Part shown: piece by piece, positions 35,723 through 44,900 of the stretch
How the letters are laid out: every line of letters begins with the position of its first letter
Numbering within the stretch: the first letter of the stretch is position 1
Assembly (NCBI GenBank): GCA_002269645.1
Contig: NIVC01001970.1
Location: forward strand, 1-64,000
Source of the DNA: Macrostomum lignano
Taxonomy: Eukaryota
DNA length: 64,000 nt
Direction: 5' to 3'
Program-made: the position numbers and the translations under genes
Notes under the pieces: generated by a model
What the model saw: only the letters and a program-made list of their open reading frames with translations
Told to the model about the DNA's origin: nothing
The model's database searches: none

Positions 35723-35742
35723 ATACGCATAAGCAAGCAAAC

Positions 35743-35889
35743 CTCTCCATCGTCGAAACGGAAAATATTTCTGGCCGGATAGCCAACATCCACTGGCTGG
35801 CAGCGGCGGTACAGCGGCACCACGCTGTGACTCTTCGACATCAGCTGGTCGGTGCGCTGTGACAGCAGCAGCAGCTGTGAGTAGTTTTC
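35743..35889 (-). CDS. Plakin gene exon 3 (ENYSQLLLLSQRTDQLMSKSHSVVPLYRRCQPVDVGYPARNIFRFDDGE)
   Basis: Resembles the plakin pre-SH3 segment (L..+AK.++.L.PR...P..P++A+CDY). Acceptor TTTTCTACAG|GAA, donor GAG|GTTTGC, both phase 0. Confidence 0.8.
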
Positions 35890-36493
35890 CTGTAGAAAAG
35901 AGAAATATTTTTTAGGTTTCACGCCTTGATACCAGTACACCTATTAATGTTGCTAGTAGTCATCATTGCAAGTGGAGGTAAAAAGGTTTCCGACGTATAA
36001 TGATGAGGACTGTGGATGGTAAAGTTATTTATTGGATTCTCACCCATCAGGGCCAACCCCCAAAGCACAGAGGGTGTTGTACATGCCTGAAGGTAAGAAA
36101 GTCAAAGGGCTGCTTGTACACGTACACCCTTTGTGAGCCCGTGTGCACGAGGGCGTGCCTCAACTCTGGTTGTGAGAGGATTTCGTACTCACAACCCTTC
36201 TGTGAATATTTCTTGTCTTTTTTCGCTGGACCATGAGCATTGGAGGAGGCCGCAACCCCTAAAGGGCGCCGCGATATACAGTGTCTTCGTGGGCGCCCCT
36301 GCCACTGTCTTCTGGGCCAGTGCAGCTCGTATGCCACATCCAACAGATGGCAAAAGTTAGTTATGGAGGGACAGCGGCCCGTTGGTCTTCCTCTGCGTTC
36401 CTCCACTGTATTTGCCTGCCGACCCATTGACACGAAATCCAATTTAATCCCATTTATCCCGTGAAATTTTTCGCAAGCACAGAAGAAACTCAC

Positions 36494-36718
36494 ACTCAAG
36501 ACCGTGTTCATTCGCTGCATAGAGCTCAGCTGTCCTGTTGGCGGAATCGAACCAACGACTTGAGCGTTAGCCAGATTTCGCGAGTTGATCACCTCTTCAA
36601 GCTCGTTGGCTTCGTGATAGAACCATTGATAATCTGCCGAATTCTTCAGGTGCAGCTGGGTCAGCTCGCCGAGTCGAGTCACCCATTCCCAGGTCTGCGA
36701 CACCTCGTTGCTGAGTTG
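36494..36718 (-). CDS. Plakin gene exon 2 (QLSNEVSQTWEWVTRLGELTQLHLKNSADYQWFYHEANELEE...MNTVLS)
   Basis: Matches the plakin motif Q..W.W+..L......HLK....Y..F+.+A. Acceptor AACTTCAG|CAA, donor AGT|GTGAGT, both phase 0. Confidence 0.85.
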
Positions 36719-37172
36719 CTGAAGTTTTGGGTTTAAGCAAACGCTTTGCAGGATTGATAGCTCTTATATAGTAAAAAGAAAGTCTGGGAAGTGACGTTTT
36801 GGGGAATAGTTAAAGAAAAATTCGTGATTTATCATACACCTGAGCACCGGAGTTATCTTATGTAAGCTATTGCATGGTTTTTGTTCCTAAACATCGATAT
36901 ATTCAATGCGACTCTGACTTTCTAGTCATCACTACTTGTAGTTCTGTGCTTTGCTCAGGCTTTTTTGCAAGTTCAACAAGCCATTTTTTATGAAATGCTA
37001 CCACCGCGGCAATAAAGCAAATTTTAATGGCGAAATTTGAATTTTTGCATCTCTCAAGTGTATTCTTTCTGCGCTTTGAGCTTTGTAACTTTACAATAAT
37101 GCCTCGTACTTTTCGAAACTTGTCAAGCTTGTAAGTGGATTTTGAACGAAGCACTATTTAAGTATTTCGCAC

Positions 37173-37577
37173 CTTTTTCTCCAATAGTTCCGTGTTGTCA
37201 CGCTGGGACAGAGCGATGGCCTGGCCTTCCACTTGGCGGCAGCACTCGGCTAGGTTGCTTTCAAGGCTGGAGATCTGTCTCAGGTAGGCGATAGCGTCCT
37301 TGTTGATTGACACTTGGCCGCGAGCCTGCTGCAGCTGCTGCGCGCAGGACGAATCTTCCAGAAGTAGCTTCTGCGCTTCGGACGATGAAGCGATCGCCAG
37401 CTGCTCTTCTAGGCTGGCAATCTTGGCAAGGAGCGACTCCTGCGTTCGGCTCTGGTGCAGCAGGGCTTGCTGGCTGCAGCCCAGTCGCGGCGAGGCGATC
37501 ACGTCAGCGTTGGCCGTCAGCCAGGCTTGCGCCGCCTCGATTACATCGGGGTTGTCTGGCGTCTCCAGCGAAGCCAT
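37173..37577 (-). CDS. Plakin gene first identifiable coding exon (MASLETPDNPDVIEAAQAWLTAN...ELLEKK), spectrin-repeat-like
   Basis: Open GC-rich frame, ATG in context AAACGATGG, donor AAG|GTGCGA (phase 0). A pyrimidine-rich acceptor CGCTTTTCCAG| lies 13 nt upstream (37591/37590). The start codon is inferred. Confidence 0.7.
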
Positions 37578-37734
37578 CGTTTGACAATGGCTGGAAAAGC
37601 GATGGAGGCGGTGAGGCGTTCTTGATTCACGTTTCAGATACAAGATTGACAGCTTTTGGTAGATAAACACGCGTGTCTATCTTTGTTGGCTGCCTTCTGG
37701 GACTATTTGATACGTGTTCTTTCTGTGGCGTGGA

Positions 37735-38510
37735 ATGCGCTGGGGGGTTCATTCTGGAGCTCGACATGCACTGTGGTTCATTCTGGAGTGTGACAATGCC
37801 CTGGGGGTTCATTCTGGGGATGTGACAATGCCCTGGGGGTTTATTCTGGGGATGTGACGATTCCCTGGGCGTTCATTCTGGGGATGTGACAATGCCCTGG
37901 GGGTTCATTCTGGGGATGTGACGATTCCCTGGGCGTTTATTCTGGGGATGTGACAATGCTCTGGGCGTTTATTCTGGGGATGTGACAATGCTCTGGGCGT
38001 TTATTCTGGGGATGTGACGATTCCCTGGGCGTTTATTCTGGGGATGTGACAATGCTCTGGGCGTTTATTCTGGGGATGTGACGATTCCCTGGGCGTTTAT
38101 TCTTGGGATGTGACAATGCTCTGGGCGTTTATTCTGGGGATGTGACAATGCCCTGGGCGTTTATTCTGGGGATGTGACGATTCCCTGGGCGTTTATTCTG
38201 GGGATGTGACAATGCTCTGGGGGATCCATTCTGGGGATGGGACAATGCTCTGGGGGATCCATTCTGGGGATGGGACAATGCTCTGGGGGATCCATTCTGG
38301 GGATGGGACAATGCTCTGGGGGATCCATTCTGGGAATGTGACAATGCTCTGGGGGATTCATTCTGGCGATGTGACAATGCTCTGGGGGATTCATTCTGGC
38401 GATGTGACAATGCTCTGGGGGATTCATTCTGGGGATGTGACAATGCGCTGGGGAGTTTATTCTGGGGATGTGACAATGCGCTGGGTTCATTCTGAGGATG
38501 TGATAATGCG
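37735..38510. repeat. 32/33-bp minisatellite (GGGGATGTGACAATGCTCTGGGCGTTTATTCT-like), ~22 copies
   Basis: Tandem periodicity switching from 32-bp to 33-bp units near 38200. Confidence 0.9.
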
Positions 38511-38590
38511 CTAATTAAATATACAATGTGTAGCATGTAAATAATCTGAATTCAAAACTTCAAATCGTTTCAGTAAGGAATAACTTGAAA

Positions 38591-38600
38591 ACTTACCTCA
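38591..38600 (-). other. Candidate splice donor of an upstream non-coding exon (TGAG|GTAAGT)
   Basis: Perfect donor consensus upstream of the 37590 acceptor; an in-frame TAA lies just 5' of it. Use is not demonstrated. Confidence 0.3.
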
Positions 38601-38816
38601 CAAAAAATTAATAGAAATTGAACCTTTTTGAAACTGTTTTGCAATTGAATGCTTGCAGGGTTTGAAACTGTTAGCAGGGTTTTTAGTATTGAAGTTAATG
38701 CCTTGCCTTGTATTCGGGGCTTGGTAAGGCTGCTTTTATGCTTGACAGACTCTGAACCAGCTTCTCAATTTTATTCTGTATGTCCGCCTGAGACTCTGAG
38801 CTCAACTACACACTCC

Positions 38817-38819
<3 letters not shown>

Positions 38820-38847
<28 letters not shown>
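38820..38847. repeat. (GA)n microsatellite
   Basis: Directly visible. Confidence 0.9.
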
Positions 38848-38854
<7 letters not shown>

Positions 38855-39630
38855 GTTAAACGAACCATAAAATTCTAAATGTCTATTGTATTCACTGGTC
38901 CACGGAGTCTGCCTATGAGTAAATACGCCATTGAAGCCCAGAGCTGTCTACATCAATAGAGGTGCACAAACTTCACGGCGAAACGTGCTCTCAGCAAAAT
39001 GCCGCGGGCAACTTGCTGGATCAGGTGAGATGGAGACAGACAGAGAGAGAATAAAAGTTTCAAAATAAGCAAACGCTATTGTTCAATTCGCATCGAAGGG
39101 CCGGCGAAACGAAGAAGAAGCAACAATCGCCCTCCTATGGGTTGCAGCGGGGCAGCAGAGCTGCTGCAAGACGGGCGTAGAAAGGCAAAGAAAATTGCAG
39201 AAGAAAAAACTTTGAGCATTTCGGCAGAAACCAACGGTAAGAGTGAGCACTGCCCACTCGGTCAAAGGTATTTGGCTGCATGGTTTAAATCCAAGCAAAA
39301 GCTCCTAAAGCTTGCAGGTTGATGAGTGCAATTCTACACTTCACTTTAGCTCCTGTAGACAGACATTATTTACTCTGGTTTGCAGCCACTGCAGCAGATT
39401 AAAGATGCGAGGTTTTAAGACAGCCGTAAACAGTTAACCAGACAAGGGAAACATTGGAAAAACTGAAATCAAAGGGTGCCATACCTAGGCATTCCAATCG
39501 TGGGATTATTTAGGGAATGAAATTTTTAGGGATTTGGTATCAGTCGGGATCCCGAAATTTCATGGCTTTAATGCCGGGATTGCTCCGGTTAGAACATTTT
39601 TTTCATTGTGGTACCAGCGTATTTTTAGGA

Positions 39631-39913
39631 TTTTTATAATATAATACAATTTGATCAGCCGCAGCTATTGCGCGGCGCATCTGAAGGCTGCGTACGGCTG
39701 TTCAGTCCAAGGACTGGGGGGTCGCCACACACACCCTCAATTACCCCAGCTAATGCTGGCACCCATTGTACAGCTGGGTGAACTGAAGCAATGCAGAGTT
39801 GAGTGTTTTGCTCAATGTCAAGGACACAAATTGTTCTGAGTGGGTCAGGAATCGAACCCTCGACCTTCCAGTCGTGAGTCCGACGGTTCAACCACTAGAC
39901 TACAATCCCAGCC
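39631..39913 (-). mobile_element. tRNA-derived SINE with conserved central (CORE/V/Meta-like) domain
   Basis: Minus strand: A box TAGTCTAGTGG, B box GGTTCGATTCC, then TGTGTCCTTGACATTGAGCAAAACACT...CACCCAGCTGTACAATGGGTGCC and an AT-rich tail. There is no tRNA 3' acceptor stem. Confidence 0.8.
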
Positions 39914-40199
39914 TCGTAGAGTCTTAATTTTTAGCATTTTTATAAAAGTGTACAGACTATATTTAAAAGGGAACAAAGTCTGCAGCATTTGCTTTTTCGC
40001 AGTGGTCCTAGTGATTGCCAATTTTATCAGTATTCTAGACCTACCTACAAAGCACCAACAAAACTGAAAATCTTCCATAGGCATGAAGGCTTTAGAATAG
40101 AAAATATTGGGGGTATGGGAGCCCACATTCTTCACCATAGACAAGTTTTATCAAGGATTCATCACAACTCGATTCAATGACCTCCTTCGACCTCCTTAG

Positions 40200-41055
40200 C
40201 TCCTCAGCTTAAACACAATTTGACTTGATTTGCCAAACTCAGTTCAGCTTGACCATGAATAGAGCTGATGCATTTGTGTGTGACATGGCCAAAGCAGGTT
40301 ATGCAATGAAGGAAATCAAGGAGGCCCTGTACAAAGCCCACAAAGTCGGAGAGACAGATCTGCCGCCTAATTTGACAGGTGAAAGAGGGAGTTGGCACCA
40401 AAGGCCAGCGGAAGTTCAACCCGAAGAAGACCAAACGCTCGGTCAGACAATCACTCCTGTTCAGACAGCAGTGGAGTCGAGCCGTCGTGTAAAAATGGAG
40501 GAATTGGCAGCCGAATTCAGCCTCTCTGTCAGACCTGTCCACTTGATTGTCCACGAAGATCTTGACCTGGCCAAGCAGCAACGGTTTTCCATTGGGATAA
40601 TGTCCGTCGATGATTAGGTCCGTTCAACAGAAAGCGTGAGGAATTTTCTGGAGAGATACTTGATCCATGTACTTCCTCATCCGCTGTACTTGCCAGATTT
40701 GGCTCCCGGATACTTCTGGCTCTTTCGTAAAGCAAAACAAGAGTTATCGGTCATCCAGCTTGCTGACAACTCAGTCAGTAACGAGTTGGAACGGGTTATG
40801 CGAGGTCTCCCAGCAGAAGCATTTGTTCTGGATTCAAGGATACTGGAGGCAGATTCAAGGATACTGGAGGCAGATTCAAGGATACTGAAGGCAGATTCAA
40901 GGATACTGGAAGCAGATTCAAGGATACTGGAGGCAGATTCAAGGATACTGAAGGCAGATTCAAGGATACTGGAAGCAGATTCAAGGATACTGAAGGCACA
41001 TTCAAGGATCAAAGAGGCAGATTCAATGCTAAGGGAGCAAAGGGATATGAGTTAA
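40200..41055 (+). mobile_element. Degenerate, internally deleted mariner (Tc1/mariner) transposase
   Basis: HTH remnant SSRRVKMEELAAEFSLSVRPVHLIVHEDLDL and catalytic C-terminal remnant LPHPLYLPDLAPGYFWLF (cf. mariner HPPYSPDLAP.D(F/Y).LF). The central DD region is missing; TIRs were not identified. Confidence 0.75.
40829..41025. repeat. 21-bp minisatellite (GATTCAAGGATACTGGAGGCA)n, ~9 copies, within the mariner relic
   Basis: Direct tandem periodicity. Confidence 0.9.
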
Positions 41056-41547
41056 AAAGAGTAAAATTCCAAAAATTTTCAAGTTAAGAACTTCACGTCG
41101 TTTAATGGGCTCAATAGGGGCTTTATATTTATTAAAAATAAAGTCACACAGGTTAAGCTGGCATTCTAGATTCTGGCGCCAAAGGCATAACTTTGATAAA
41201 TTTGCTATCAAGTAACTAAATACGAAAAAGCTGAAGAGAGAAATATGTTATTAGAAAAAGCACGAATAAGTTTTTGTTATAAGTAGAGGGTGAAAAAGAT
41301 CGGGGCACACGAGGGCGAATGTTAGACTTAATCATTTATAATCAAAATCACTCTATAGATTAGCAAGTTATTAAAAACTTTTGCTCAGGTAGCCAAAAAT
41401 TTAATTTAGTCAATATTCAAAATAAAAAGCAGTATAGCTGCTAATAATACAATTCTGTTTACTTCTTCGTTGGTTATTGATATTGTCGCAGGCCCTGTTT
41501 CATAGATTCTACAGTTTTTATCAATTTTGTTTTACTTTCGGGATTGC

Positions 41548-41553
41548 TTTATT
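41548..41553 (-). promoter_or_regulatory. Candidate polyadenylation signal of the right giant reading frame
   Basis: AATAAA on the minus strand ~420 nt after the stop at 41971-41973. Confidence 0.3.
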
Positions 41554-41589
41554 CAATCAACGATTTCGTCATTTAACTTTTTCGGAAAA

Positions 41590-41795
41590 GCTTGTCACTT
41601 GTCAGGGCTTGTCACTTGGGGGCTTGTCACTTGTCAGGGCTTGTCACTTGTCAGGGCTTGTCACTTGTCAAGGCTTGTCACTTGTCAGGGCTTGTCACTT
41701 GTCAGGACTGGTCACTTGTCAGGACTGGTCACTTGTCAGGGCTTGTCACTTGTCAGGGCTTGTCACTTGTCAGGGCTTGTCACTTGTCAGGGCTT
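41590..41795. repeat. 17-bp minisatellite (CTTGTCACTTGTCAGGG)n, ~12 copies
   Basis: Direct tandem periodicity. Confidence 0.9.
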
Positions 41796-41970
41796 AAAAT
41801 AATCAATTTTAACCTAACTGTTTCATCTCTAGCAGCACTGCGGCAGAAAAGAAATATTAGTGCAGACAGATAAGCGTTCAAGATTATCGGGTTACCAGAT
41901 ATTCGATCCAAGTGCTGAATAAAGCTACAAAAATATAATACAATGTTCGCAAATGATTGATCATATCGAA

Positions 41971-44900
41971 TTAGTCAAATCCTTCGAAAACACCATCGTC
42001 GCTGCGCAAATCCAGCTGTGAACCACGCGGAGTCCGGCTCCAGGTCAACCTGGCAGTAATTGGCACACCCAGCTGGGTCCGAGCACTGCTGCCGGAGTCA
42101 GTCGATCCCAATGCGGTTCTTTCGCGTCTTGTTACACCCAGCTGGGCCCGGGCACTGCTGACGGAGTCGGTTGATTCCAATGCAGTTCCTTCGCGCCTTG
42201 TTACACCCAGCTGGGTCCGAGCACTGCTGACGGAGTCGGTCGATTCCAATGAAGTTCCTTCACGCCTTGTTACACCCAGCTGTGCCCGGGCACTGCTGAC
42301 GGAGTCAGTCGATCCCAATGCGGTTCCTTCGCGCCTTGTTACACCCAGCTGTGCCCGGGCACTGCTGACGGAGTCGGTCGATCCCAATGCGGTTCCTTCG
42401 CGCCTTGTTACACCTAGCTGGGTGCGAGCACTGCTGACGGAATCAGTCGGTCCCAATGCCGTTCGTTCATGCCTTGTTACACCCAGCTGGGCCCGGGCAC
42501 TGCTGACGGAGTCGGTCGATTCCAATGCAGTTCCTTCACGCCTTGTTACACCCAGCTGGGCCCGGGCACTGCTGACGGAGTCGGTCGATTCCAATGAAGT
42601 TCCTTCACGCCTTGTTACACCCAGCTGTGCCCGGGCACTGCTGACGGAGTCAGTCGATCCCAATGCGGTTCCTTCGCGCCTTGTTACACCCAGCTGTGCC
42701 CGGGCACTGCTGACGGAGTCAGTCGATTCCAATGCAGTTCCTTCGCGCCTTGTTACATCCAGCTGGGTGCGAGCACTGCTGGCGGAATCAGTCGGTCCCA
42801 ATGCCGTTCGTTCATGCCTTGTTACACCCAGCTGTGCCCGGGCACTGCTGACGGAGTCGGTCGATTCCAATTCAGTTCCTTCGCGCCTTGTTACACCCAG
42901 CTGGGTCCGAGCACTGCTGACGGAGTCAGTCGATCCCAATGCGCTTCGTTCGCGTCTTGTTACGCTGGCTTCTAGACGGGCGTGCGGCGCTGACACAGTC
43001 TCCGGCTTAACTGACACTAAAATACTGTTTAACTGCACCTCGTAGCAACAGCCGCTACTCGAAACGAACGAAGCCGACTCATTTGGGACAATTGAGGCGT
43101 CGAATTTCAGTATGGCGGCACGAAACTCCTTGGACTCCTCGATGCAGGCATGGGTGCTGCAAATTTCCTTAGCAGCAAAACTCTCCCAGTGGCTTCCAGA
43201 AGATCTTATCAAAACCTGATCCTGCTTTTTTACGCTAGCACTTCCGGTTTTGAACAACCAAAACGATCCGCTGTTCTTTGAGAGCACTCTATAGTTAGCC
43301 TTAACAATGGCTTCTTCAGTGATAGCTCGGACAGAAACATAACTATCCCGAACAGGGACCTCTAAAGCCGCTTCGCAAAATCCAAATTTGTTGCTATTAC
43401 AACAGCGAATACCAGCGTCGGAGGTAAAGGATTCTTTGTGACAACCCGTGGCACGCAGCTCAGGAAGAGCCTTAACAAAAGATTCCACGTATTTCCTTCC
43501 AAAAACACACGAGCCTTCAACCGATTCAAAACAAAGCGAACCTTCAAATGACACAACTTTTGGTATGTAACAAGCCTTAATTCCATTTCCAATCATAACC
43601 ACTTTCTTCGACATATCGACACACACCGAAGAATTCTTAGCTTTAACTTCTGCTCGAGCCGAGCCATGCTCGAAAGAGAACTCGAGCGAGCTGGCGCATG
43701 CTTCCAATTTCGGCTCGTCCTTGTAGCGTACCGACCCGTCTGATGTAAGCAGCATCTCACAGACGCCCATGTCCTCCACATCCTGTTTCGCTCGAACGGA
43801 GCCGACCATGAAGGATGTCTCAAGGAACGAAGCGCATTCTCTCACTTCAAGCTCTTCCTTGTAGCGTACCGACCCGACTGATGTCTGCAGCATCTCACAG
43901 ACGCCCATGTCCTCCACATCCTGTTTCGCTCGAACGGAGCCGACCATGAAGGATGTCTCAAGGAACGAAGCGCATTCTCTCACTTCTAGCTCTTCTTTGT
44001 AGCGCATTGTCGAGTCCGATGTCTGCAGCATCTCATAGACGCCCATGTCCTCCACATCCTGTTTCGCTCGAACGGAGCCGACCATGACCGAAGTCTCGAG
44101 GAAGGATGCGCACTCTCTTACTTCAAGCTCTTCCTTGTAGCGTACCGACCCGACTGATGTCTGCAGCATCTCACAGACGCCCATGCCCTCCACATCCTGT
44201 TTCGCTCGAACGGAGCCGACCATGAAGGATGTCTCAAGGAACGAAGCGCATTCTCTCACTTCTAGCTCTTCTTTGTAGCGCATTGTCGAGTCCGATGTCT
44301 GCAGCATCTCACAGAAGCCCATGCCGTCTACTTCTTGTTTCGCTCGAACGGAGCCGACCATGACCGAAGTCTCGAGGAAGGATGCGCACTCTCTTACTCC
44401 AAGCTCTTCTTTGTAGCGTACCGACCCGACTGATGTCTGCAGCATCTCACAGACGCCCATGTCCTCCACATCCTGTTTCGCTCGAACGGAGCCGACCATG
44501 AAGGATGTCTCAAGGAACGAAGCGCATTCTCTCACTTCTAGCTCTTCTTTGTAGCGCATTGTCGAGTCCGATGTCTGCAGCATCTCACAGACGCCCATGT
44601 CCTCCACATCCTGTTTCGCTCGAACGGAGCCGACCATGAAGGATGTCTCAAGGAACGAAGCGCATTCTCTCACTTCTAGCTCTTCTTTGTAGCGCATTGT
44701 CGAGTCCGATGTCTGCAGCATCTCACAGACGCCCATGTCCTCCACATCCTGTTTCGCTCGAACGGAGCCGACCATGACCGAAGTCTCGAGGAAGGATGCG
44801 CACTCTCTTACTTCAAGCTCTTCCTTGTAGCGTACCGACCCGACTGATGTCTGCAGCATCTCACAGACGCCCATGTCCTCCACATCCTGTTTCGCTCGAA

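Noticed and set aside
36047-36493. Continuation of the 218-aa ORF past MNTVLS
   Set aside because: Intron read-through after the GTGAGT donor at 36493; plakin similarity resumes only at the 35889 exon.
39840-39913. tRNA gene
   Set aside because: A and B boxes are present, but the 3' acceptor stem is replaced by a SINE body.
35111-41873. ORFs with HCRP/TLQT, PRALSHPQNGS, DSRILEA and CQGLSLVRA repeats
   Set aside because: Minisatellite translations without splice or codon support.
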